From: Nemertoderma westbladi
Lineage: Eukaryota > Animalia > Xenacoelomorpha
Assembly: GCA_032718475.1 (NCBI GenBank)
Contig: JAUCBJ010001861.1
Coordinates: 141,851 to 205,850, forward strand
DNA: 64,000 nt
Direction of reading: 5' to 3'
The position numbers and the translations under genes are program-made. Each line of letters opens with the position of its first letter. Positions within the stretch are counted from its first letter, which is position 1. The notes below the pieces were generated by a model that saw only the letters and a program-made list of their open reading frames with translations, made no database searches and was not told the DNA's origin. Below, one piece after another: positions 26,890 to 38,600 of the stretch.

Positions 26890-29800
26890 GTCAAATACAC
26901 CATGTTTAGTTGAAACTCTCACACAGTTGAATGTTTGTTTAGTTGAAACTCTCACACAGTTGAATGTTGAACATAACTATGTCAGGCTCAGTATGTACCA
27001 AATACACTATGTTTAGTTGAAACTCTCACACAGTTGAATGTTTGTTTAGTTGAAACTCTCACACAGTTGAATGTTTGTTTAGTTGAAACTCTCACACAGT
27101 TGAATGTTTGTTTAGTTGAAACTCTCACACAGTTGAATGTTTGTTTAGTTGAAACTCTCACACAGTTGAATGTTTGTTTAGTTGAAACTCTCACACAGTT
27201 GAATGTTTGTTTAGTTGAAACTCTCACACAGTTGAATGTTGAACATAACTATGTCAGGCTCAGTATGTACCAAATACACTATGTTTAGTTGAAACTCTCA
27301 CACAGTTGAATGTTTGTTTAGTTGAAACTCTCACACAGTTGAATGTTGAACATAACTATGTCAGGCTCAGTATGTACCAAATACACTATGTTTAGTTGAA
27401 ACTCTCACACAGTTGAATGTTGAACATAACTATGTCAGGCTCAGTATGTACCAAATACACTATGTTTAGTTGAAACTCTCACACAGTTGAATGTTGAACA
27501 TAACTATGTCAGGCTCAGTATGTACCAAATACACTATGTTTAGTTGAAACTCTCACACAGTTGAATGTTTGTTTAGTTGAAAGTCTCACACAGTTGAATG
27601 TTGAACATAACTATGTCAGGCTCAGTATGTACCAAATACACCATGTTTAGTTGAAACTCTCACACAGTTGAATGTTTGTTTAGTTGAAACTCTCACACAG
27701 TTGAATGTTGAACATAACTATGTCAGGCTCAGTATGTACCAAATACACTATGTTTAGTTGAAACTCTCACACAGTTGAATGTTGAACATAACTATGTCAG
27801 GCTCAGTATGTACCAAATACACTATGTTTAGTTGAAACTCTCACACAGTTGAATGTTGAACATAACTATGTCAGGCTCAGTATGTACCAAATACACTATG
27901 TTTAGTTGAAACTCTCACACAGTTGAATGTATGTTTAGTTGAAACTCTCACACAGTTGAATGTTTGTTTAGTTGAAACTCTCACACAGTTGAATGTTTGT
28001 TTAGTTGAAACTCTCACACAGTTGAATGTTGAACATAACTATGTCAGGCTCAGTATGTACCAAATACACTATGTTTAGTTGAAACTCTCACACAGTTGAA
28101 TGTTTGTTTAGTTGAAACTCTCACACAGTTGAATGTTTGTTTAGTTGAAACTCTCACACCGTTGAATGTTGAACATAACTATGTCAGGCTCAGTATGTAC
28201 CAAATACACTATGTTTAGTTGAAACTCTCACACAGTTGAATGTATGTTTAGTTGAAACTCTCACACAGTTGAATGTTTGTTTAGTTGAAACTCTCACACA
28301 GTTGAATGTTTGTTTAGTTGAAAGTCTCACACAGTTGAATGTTGAACATAACTATGTCAGGCTCAGTATGTACCAAATACACTATGTTTAGTTGAAACTC
28401 TCACACAGTTGAATGTTGAACATAACTATGTCAGGCTCAGTATGTACCAAATACACTATGTTTAGTTGAAACTCTCACACAGTTGAATGTTTGTTTAGTT
28501 GAAACTCTCACACAGTTGAATGTTTGTTTTGTTGAAAGTCTCACACAGTTGAATGTTGAACATAACTATGTCAGGCTCAGTATGTACCAAATACACTATG
28601 TTTAGTTGAAACTCTCACACAGTTGAATGTTTGTTTAGTTGAAACTCTCACACAGTTGAATGTTTGTTTAGTTGAAACTCTCACACAGTTGAATGTTGAA
28701 CATAACTATGTCAGGCTCAGTATGTACCAAATACACTATGTTTAGTTGAAACTCTCACACAGTTGAATGTTTGTTTAGTTGAAACTCTCACACAGTTGAA
28801 TGTTTGTTTAGTTGAAACTCTCACACAGTTGAATGTTTGTTTAGTTGAAACTCTCACACAGTTGAATGTTGAACATAACTATGTCAGGCTCAGTATGTAC
28901 CAAATACACTATGTTTAGTTGAAACTCTCACACAGTTGAATGTTTGTTTAGTTGAAAGTCTCACACAGTTGAATGTTTGTTTAGTTGAAACTCTCACACA
29001 GTTGAATGTTTGTTTAGTTGAAACTCTCACACAGTTGAATGTTTGTTTAGTTGAAAGTCTCACACAGTTGAATGTTGAACATAACTATGTCAGGCTCAGT
29101 ATGTACCAAATACACTATGTTTAGTTGAAACTCTCACACAGTTGAATGTTGAACATAACTATGTCAGGCTCAGTATGTACCAAATACACTATGTTTAGTT
29201 GAAACTCTCACACAGTTGAATGTATGTTTAGTTGAAACTCTCACACAGTTGAATGTTTGTTTAGTTGAAACTCTCACACAGTTGAATGTTTGTTTAGTTG
29301 AAACTCTCACACAGTTGAATGTTGAACATAACTATGTCAGGCTCAGTATGTACCAAATACACTATGTTTAGTTGAAACTCTCACACAGTTGAATGTTTGT
29401 TTAGTTGAAACTCTCACACAGTTGAATGTTGAACATAACTATGTCAGGCTCAGTATGTACCAAATACATTATGTTTAGTTGAAACTCTCACACAGTTGAA
29501 TGTTTGTTTAGTTGAAACTCTCACACAGTTGAATGTTTGTTTAGTTGAAAGTCTCACACAGTTGAATGTTGAACATAACTATGTCAGGCTCAGTATGTAC
29601 CAAATACACTATGTTTAGTTGAAACTCTCACACAGTTGAATGTTGAACATAACTATGTCAGGCTCAGTATGTACCAAATACACTATGTTTAGTTGAAACT
29701 CTCACACAGTTGAATGTTTGTTTAGTTGAAACTCTCACACAGTTGAATGTTTGTTTTGTTGAAAGTCTCACACAGTTGAATGTTGAACATAACTATGTCA

Positions 29801-32800
29801 GGCTCAGTATGTACCAAATACACTATGTTTAGTTGAAACTCTCACACAGTTGAATGTTGAACATAACTATGTCAGGCTCAGTATGTACCAAATACACTAT
29901 GTTTAGTTGAAACTCTCACACAGTTGAATGTTTGTTTAGTTGAAACTCTCACACAGTTGAATGTTTGTTTAGTTGAAACTCTCACACAGTTGAATGTTGA
30001 ACATAACTATGTCAGGCTCAGTATGTACCAAATACACTATGTTTAGTTGAAACTCTCACACAGTTGAATGTTTGTTTAGTTGAAACTCTCACACAGTTGA
30101 ATGTTTGTTTAGTTGAAACTCTCACACAGTTGAATGTTTGTTTAGTTGAAACTCTCACACAGTTGAATGTTGAACATAACTATGTCAGGCTCAGTATGTA
30201 CCAAATACACTATGTTTAGTTGAAACTCTCACACAGTTGAATGTTTGTTTAGTTGAAAGTCTCACACAGTTGAATGTTTGTTTAGTTGAAACTCTCACAC
30301 AGTTGAATGTTTGTTTAGTTGAAACTCTCACACAGTTGAATGTTTGTTTAGTTGAAAGTCTCACACAGTTGAATGTTGAACATAACTATGTCAGGCTCAG
30401 TATGTACCAAATACACTATGTTTAGTTGAAACTCTCACACAGTTGAATGTTGAACATAACTATGTCAGGCTCAGTATGTACCAAATACACTATGTTTAGT
30501 TGAAACTCTCACACAGTTGAATGTATGTTTAGTTGAAACTCTCACACAGTTGAATGTTTGTTTAGTTGAAACTCTCACACAGTTGAATGTTTGTTTAGTT
30601 GAAACTCTCACACAGTTGAATGTTGAACATAACTATGTCAGGCTCAGTATGTACCAAATACACTATGTTTAGTTGAAACTCTCACACAGTTGAATGTTTG
30701 TTTAGTTGAAACTCTCACACAGTTGAATGTTGAACATAACTATGTCAGGCTCAGTATGTACCAAATACACTATGTTTAGTTGAAACTCTCACACAGTTGA
30801 ATGTTTGTTTAGTTGAAACTCTCACACAGTTGAATGTTTGTTTAGTTGAAAGTCTCACACAGTTGAATGTTGAACATAACTATGTCAGGCTCAGTATGTA
30901 CCAAATACACTATGTTTAGTTGAAACTCTCACACAGTTGAATGTTGAACATAACTATGTCAGGCTCAGTATGTACCAAATACACTATGTTTAGTTGAAAC
31001 TCTCACACAGTTGAATGTTTGTTTAGTTGAAACTCTCACACAGTTGAATGTTTGTTTTGTTGAAAGTCTCACACAGTTGAATGTTGAACATAACTATGTC
31101 AGGCTCAGTATGTACCAAATACACTATGTTTAGTTGAAACTCTCACACAGTTGAATGTTTGTTTAGTTGAAACTCTCACACAGTTGAATGTTTGTTTAGT
31201 TGAAACTCTCACACAGTTGAATGTTTGTTTAGTTGAAACTCTCACACAGTTGAATGTTGAACATAACTATGTCAGGCTCAGTATGTACCAAATACACTAT
31301 GTTTAGTTGAAACTCTCACACAGTTGAATGTTTGTTTAGTTGAAACTCTCACACAGTTGAATGTTTGTTTAGTTGAAACTCTCACACAGTTGAATGTTTG
31401 TTTAGTTGAAACTCTCACACAGTTGAATGTTGAACATAACTATGTCAGGCTCAGTATGTACCAAATACACTATGTTTAGTTGAAACTCTCACACAGTTGA
31501 ATGTTTGTTTAGTTGAAAGTCTCACACAGTTGAATGTTTGTTTAGTTGAAACTCTCACACAGTTGAATGTTTGTTTAGTTGAAACTCTCACACAGTTGAA
31601 TGTTTGTTTAGTTGAAAGTCTCACACAGTTGAATGTTGAACACAACTATGTCAGGCTCAGTATGTACCAAATACACTATGTTTAGTTGAAACTCTCACAC
31701 AGTTGAATGTTTGTTTAGTTGAAACTCTCACACAGTTGAATGTTTGTTTAGTTGAAACTCTCACACAGTTGAATGTTGAACATAACTATGTCAGGCTCAG
31801 TATGTACCAAATACACTATGTTTAGTTGAAACTCTCACACAGTTGAATGTTTGTTTAGTTGAAACTCTCACACAGTTGAATGTTTGTTTAGTTGAAACTC
31901 TCACACAGTTGAATGTTTGTTTAGTTGAAACTCTCACACAGTTGAATGTTTGTTTAGTTGAAACTCTCACACAGTTGAATGTTTGTTTAGTTGAAACTCT
32001 CACACAGTTGAATGTTTGTTTAGTTGAAACTCTCACACAGTTGAATGTTGAACATAACTATGTCAGGCTCAGTATGTACCAAATACACTATGTTTAGTTG
32101 AAACTCTCACACAGTTGAATGTTTGTTTAGTTGAAACTCTCACACAGTTGAATGTTGAACATAACTATGTCAGGCTCAGTATGTACCAAATACACTATGT
32201 TTAGTTGAAACTCTCACACAGTTGAATGTTTGTTTAGTTGAAACTCTCACACAGTTGAATGTTTGTTTAGTTGAAACTCTCACACAGTTGAATGTTTGTT
32301 TAGTTGAAACTCTCACACAGTTGAATGTTTGTTTAGTTGAAACTCTCACACCGTTGAATGTTGAACATAACTATGTCAGGCTCAGTATGTACCAAATACA
32401 CTATGTTTAGTTGAAACTCTCACACAGTTGAATGTTGAACATAACTATGTCAGGCTCAGTATGTACCAAATACACTATGTTTAGTTGAAACTCTCACACA
32501 GTTGAATGTTGAACATAACTATGTCAGGCTCAGTATGTACCAAATACACTATGTTTAGTTGAAACTCTCACACAGTTGAATGTTTGTTTAGTTGAAACTC
32601 TCACACAGTTGAATGTTTGTTTTGTTGAAAGTCTCACACAGTTGAATGTTGAACATAACTATGTCAGGCTCAGTATGTACCAAATACACTATGTTTAGTT
32701 GAAACTCTCACACAGTTGAATGTTGAACATAACTATGTCAGGCTCAGTATGTACCAAATACACTATGTTTAGTTGAAACTCTCACACAGTTGAATGTTGA

Positions 32801-33613
32801 ACATAACTATGTCAGGCTCAGTATGTACCAAATACACCATGTTTAGTTGAAACTCTCACACAGTTGAATGTTTGTTTAGTTGAAACTCTCACACAGTTGA
32901 ATGTTGAACATAACTATGTCAGGCTCAGTATGTACCAAATACACTATGTTTAGTTGAAACTCTCACACAGTTGAATGTTGAACAACTACGTCAGGCTCAG
33001 TATGTACCAAATTCACTATGTTTAGTTGAAACTCTCACACAGTTGAATGTTTGTTTAGTTGAAACTCTCACACAGTTGAATGTTTGTTTAGTTGAAACTC
33101 TCACACAGTTGAATGTTTGTTTAGTTGAAACTCTCACACAGTTGAATGTTTGTTTAGTTGAAACTCTCACACAGTTGAATGTTTGTTTTGTTGAAAGTCT
33201 CACACAGTTGAATGTTGAACATAACTATGTCAGGCTCAGTATGTACCAAATACACTATGTTTAGTTGAAACTCTCACACAGTTGAATGTTGAACATAACT
33301 ATGTCAGGCTCAGTATGTACCAAATACACTATGTTTAGTTGAAACTCTCACACAGTTGAATGTTGAACATAACTATGTCAGGCTCAGTATGTACCAAATA
33401 CACCATGTTTAGTTGAAACTCTCACACAGTTGAATGTTTGTTTAGTTGAAACTCTCACACAGTTGAATGTTTGTTTTGTTGAAAGTCTCACACAGTTGAA
33501 TGTTGAACATAACTATGTCAGGCTCAGTATGTACCAAATACACTATGTTTAGTTGAAACTCTCACACAGTTGAATGTTGAACAACTACGTCAGGCTCAGT
33601 ATGTACCAAATTC
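26890..33613. repeat. Intronic two-module satellite: (33 bp) x 1-7 alternating with a near-invariant 41 bp module
   Basis: 33-mer tgtttagttgaaactctcacacagttgaatgtt; 41-mer gaacataactatgtcaggctcagtatgtaccaaatacacta. Confidence 0.98.
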
Positions 33614-34730
33614 ACTTACGCGATCTGCTCTTTCATTCCCACCGAGATTCACACTCACAATTAACCTGCTAAGAGCTGAATAATAGACCTGAAAATGTAG
33701 CTAATATTATTAATAGACAAGCTGGATTTCATCTGGCCTCATGTAATGTTTTAGAATTAGAATAAATTATTAAACTAAAATTTGCTTGTTTCTAATTAAG
33801 TTACTAATGTCCTTGTTTTCGTTACGATTTTAACATGCTAATTATATTGTGGAATTTAAAGTTGTCAATTTGAAACTTTTTATGCATCAATAGGACCAAA
33901 TTACAAACTATCAGACACCATCGAGAACAACAGACTCACACTAGACTTAACGTCCCGTCATTTCTTGTTCCTATTCCGTTTAAGCTAAAAATCAGCAGGA
34001 ATATACTATAACCATTAACTAGATATTTTTTGGAAGCACATTCGTCTGCAGTTCTCCAGTCTGCCGCTAGAGGGTGATATGAAAGTGAAAACCTTAAATG
34101 TCTTAGTTTATAATACGTTCAAGCTGAAACTAGCCAGATATGGAATGGACTACAGCGCTGCGCCTTTGTGTGAACGGTGATCCATCACATTTTGCTTATT
34201 ATTGCTATTGGCAAACTGTGTTTTTCGAGGTGTTTGTAATTTTACATGGATTATATAGGGAACTGTTCTAGGGGTCTTAACCTCGAATTATAAGTGGATT
34301 TTCACAAAAATAACTTATCTTTTATTGGCGCAATTGTAGGACTAATCCCATCACATGCGTAATTTTTATTGAAATTAATACCTCATATATCTCCAAACCA
34401 TGTACGCGTTTAGACCTTACTGGGTCTGTTCAGCGTGGTGTCGGATTCGAACCTCGGAACTCGAATTGGAAGCCGTGACAATTTGGCTTATAGACCTAAT
34501 TCATTAAAGTTAACAATTAACATAAATTTATCACACGTGTGCTACGCATAGGTCCCAATTCGTGTATTTGATATACTTATATCTCTGTATATAGCTATCA
34601 GTAGTGGGTCTATTTGGAAATTTAATTAATTAATTATTAATAAATTATAATTTTTGGGAAGTTTCGGGAAATTAGATGGATGGACATTAGTAACTTAGCA
34701 AGAAGTTAGCAAGGCCAATATTTAATGTAC

Positions 34731-34878
34731 CTTGGAATGGAATGATTGGCTTGAGTAACCGTCTCGCGATGCTCTATAAACTAACTTCCATTGCTGTGTG
34801 AGATTCCCGTACCAAAGGCCCAGCTGCCGCTGTAGATGACGTCGCTTTCCTGACAGAATATCTGTATCGTGAAACATT
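34731..34878 (-). CDS. BTB-BACK-TLDc protein, exon 7 (start of TLDc)
   Basis: ttgttgtag|..MFHDTDILSG...WKLVYRASRDGYSSQSFHSK|gtacat. Confidence 0.85.
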
Positions 34879-35214
34879 CTACAACAAAAGAGAATAATTA
34901 TAGAAGCAAATCGAGTAGAAAATTAACTGGAACTCTACCGGTTGTTATGCGATGACCACACAATATGTTAAAACGTAATATGGTAACCAAAACAATGTAA
35001 GCAATCATAGATCAGCTGTCAGCAGTCGTGGGAAGGTTTCACTCCACAATGGAAGGCGCTTTCAGGAGGCTAATCTAGAGACTGATATCAGGGTGAAATC
35101 CATAAGAGGGAAAAAAAGACGCAAATATATCTTGGACCGAGTTGGGGTCGAAGGAAGAGAGATAACGTGAAGTTGTGCCTGTGGTTGGTTATGTTAACAT
35201 TAATTATTAATAAC

Positions 35215-35458
35215 CTGTAAATTAATCGCGGTCTAATCCTTGGGTCTCCGGCTATGTTGCGTATTTCGATCGGAATCACTTCTAACTTGTACCGCTCCAA
35301 TGCGATCTCCTTGGGTATAAGTCGTGTCGGTTCGACCTCACCGGCAAACACATTGCTGTCGATAAGTAGAAAGCGAATCAACGGCAATACGTCGGTGAGA
35401 AGTTCCGACATTCGTATTCTGTTTTCGTCAGTCCAATGACTGGGATGGTTGTGAACCC
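35215..35458 (-). CDS. BTB-BACK-TLDc protein, exon 6 (end of BACK)
   Basis: ttctttaag|..VHNHPSHW...LLTDVLPLIRFLLIDSNVFAGEVEPT...PRIRPRLIY|gttatt; phases consistent. Confidence 0.85.
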
Positions 35459-35624
35459 CTTAAAGAAGAATTCGGTTACTCAGCTTAATGTTTTATTTTC
35501 TACAAGGATCTTTTGATCACAAATATATCGTTTTCTCCCCAACTCGATTAATGTTTTATTTTAGTTTCCTATCATGAAGATTTTTGGATTAGACATCGCC
35601 AAGTGGGATGAGTCCAGTAGACTA

Positions 35625-38600
35625 ACTAACCTAACAGATGGGTAACCCATACCAGTACACTAACCTAACTGCTGGGTAACCCATCCCAGTACACACTAAC
35701 CAAACTGATGGGTAACCCATCCCAGTGCACTAAATTAACTGATGTGTAACCCATCCCAGTACACACTAACCTAACTGCTGTGTAACCCATCCCAGTACAC
35801 GCTAACCTAACTGCTGGGTAACCCATCCCAGTACTCTAACCTAACTGATGGGTAGCCCATCCCAGTACACTAAATTAACTGATGTGTAACCCATCCCAGT
35901 ACACACTAACCTAACTGCTGGGTAACCCATCCCAGTACACACTAACCTAACTGTTGGGTAGACCATCCCAGTACACTAACCTAACTGATGGGTAACCCAT
36001 CCCAGTACACTAAATTAACTGATGTGTAACCCATCCCAGTACACACTAACCTAACTGCTGGGTAACCCATCCCAGTACACACTAACCTAACTGCTGGGTA
36101 ACCCATCCCAGTACACTAACCTAACTGATGGGTAACCCATTCTAGTACACACTAACCTAACTGTTGGGTAACCCATCCCAGTACACACTAACCTAACTGA
36201 TGGGTAACCCATCCCAGTACACTAAATTAACTGATGTATAACCCATCCCAGTGCACACTAACCTAACTGCTGGGTAACCCATCCCAGTACACACTAACCT
36301 AACTGCTGGGTAACCCATCCCAGTACACTAACCTAACTGATGGATAACACATTCCAGTACACACTAACCTAACATATGGGTAAGACATCCCAGTACACTA
36401 ACCTAACTGATGGGTAACCAATCCCAGTACACACTAACCTAACTGATGGGTAACCCATCCCAGTACACACTAACCTAACTGCTGGGTAACCCATCCCAGT
36501 ACACTAACCTAACTGATGGGTAACCCATTCCAGTACACACAAACCTAACTGATGGGTAACCCATCCCAGTACACACTAACCTAACTGATGGGTAACCCAT
36601 CCCAATACAGACTAACCTAACTGCTGGGCAACCCATCCCAGTACACACAAACCTAACTGTTGGGTAACCCATCCCAGTACACACTAACCTAACTGCTGGG
36701 TAACCCATCCCAGTACATACTAACCTAACTGTTGGGTAGCCCATCCCAGTACACTAACCTAACTGTTGGGTAGCCCATCCCAGTACACTAACCTAACTGC
36801 TGGGTAGCCCCTCCCAGTACACTAACCTAACTGTTGGGTAGCCCATCCCAGTACACTAACCTAACTGTTGGGTAGCCCATCCCAGTACACTAACCTAACT
36901 GTTGGGTAGCCCATCCCAGTACACTAACCTAAATGATGGGTGGCCCATCCCAGTACACTAACCTAACTGTTGGGTAGCCCATCCCAGTACACTAACCTAA
37001 ATGATGGGTAGCCCATCCCAGTACACTAACCTAACTGATGGGTAGCCCATCCCAGTACACTAACCAAACTGTTGGTTAGCCCATCCCAGTACACTAACCT
37101 AACTGTTGGGTAGCCCATCCCAGTACACTAACCTAACTGTTGGGTAGCCCATCCCAGTACACTAACCTAACTGTTGGGTAGCCCATCCCAGTACACTAAC
37201 CTAAATGATGGGTGGCCCATCCCAGTACACTAACCTAACTGATGGGTAGCCCATCCCAGTACACTAACCTAACTGATGGGTGGCCCATCCCAGTACACTA
37301 ACCTAACTGATGGGTGGCCCATCCCAGTACACTAACCTAACTGTTGGGTAGCCCCTCTCAGTACACTAAACTATAACTCTTTGAGTTGATGCCCATATGA
37401 GGGATATTAGGCAAACATATGAGGCACGTTGAGCGTGACACTGTGAAACCAATGGAAGGGCCTCTGACCGAGCCATTAGCTGCTGGATGGTGTCTGTTTC
37501 CGCTCACTGCCAGAGTGGATAAATCTGTCTCCCTTTCCACGAGGGAGGATAATATATTGTTGGGGAACACGTTGGCCTACGTCTAAAGCTGCGGTCACGG
37601 CTGTCTGGGCACTCTGTGCAAGGAAAGGGATTAACTGGAAGTTGGGTTTGATCAGATAGCGTAATGCAGGTCTCCACATGTTGCACCCACAGGTATTAGT
37701 CCGAAGGACTCGTGCCCAAGGCTTCCTGTGGGTTCAGGTTCTGTCAGTCCGAGGGACCTTGTGCCTAAGGCGTTTTCCTGGATAGTATTTCGGGTAAATA
37801 GAGTGTGAGGGCTTGGATGAGTGCGCAAGCTGTCTCAGTCTCTAACAACTCCGAGGTGACCCCACAAACTGGTAGCAAACTGCGATGTAGCAACCTGCGC
37901 GTAAGTCGGTTTAACGTGCCACTTGGACAAGGACAGTGGTTAAATTGCGGCACCAGGATGTGAGGTATTGACTACACCTCCGCATTAAAGACGTTGACCC
38001 TTCGGGGAATCCCTCCATGATACTGAAGTAATGCGTAGAAAGTCCAACCGCCCACCTCCCTGTGGTAAGAGTTGGTAATAGGATTGGCACTCCTAGCAAA
38101 GCGGCGGCAATGGCACAAGGACAGAGGTGTTCATCCAACCATGGTAACTTCATTAGTTAACATGAGAGTCTATGTTGATATGGGAGTTATGCTCGGGGTC
38201 GTGTGTGTTTGGCTGCCCACTGAGTCCTACCCGTGGCTCAGTGGTCTACAGCCTCTCACATGTGGCCCCAGTCTCGAGCCGCGATTACTGCTGATAACCT
38301 ATAACCTAGCTGTTAGATTTACAGCTCTAGGCGGTCGTTGGATTAGATAGCTCCTCGCTTGGGGTCTACGGTTCGTGGTCACTGCATCATCCACGGTTAC
38401 GTAGTTAACTCGATTGCGGTCTGGCAAGAGTGACAGCCACACTTGCCCAGTCAGTAGAGCCAGTCAAGGGGGTCACATCTGTTGAATGGAACGTAGGGAG
38501 GTCCTGAGCTATAGCACACTGCCCTTTAAACACACCAGTGTGCACCTCCAACTGCAGTAGTAGCATATTGCCGACCTGCAATACGGTAATTCCAACGTAA

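Noticed and set aside
26890-33613. CRISPR-like alternation of 33 bp repeats and 41 bp spacers
   Set aside because: The spacers are near-identical, repeats often abut directly, there are no cas genes and the context is a eukaryotic intron.
37529-37548. HDV-like or hammerhead ribozyme in the insertion
   Set aside because: ctccct-ttccacg-agggag resembles an HDV P3/L3, but I could not complete P1/P1.1, and I saw no CUGANGA core. A formal search is still needed.
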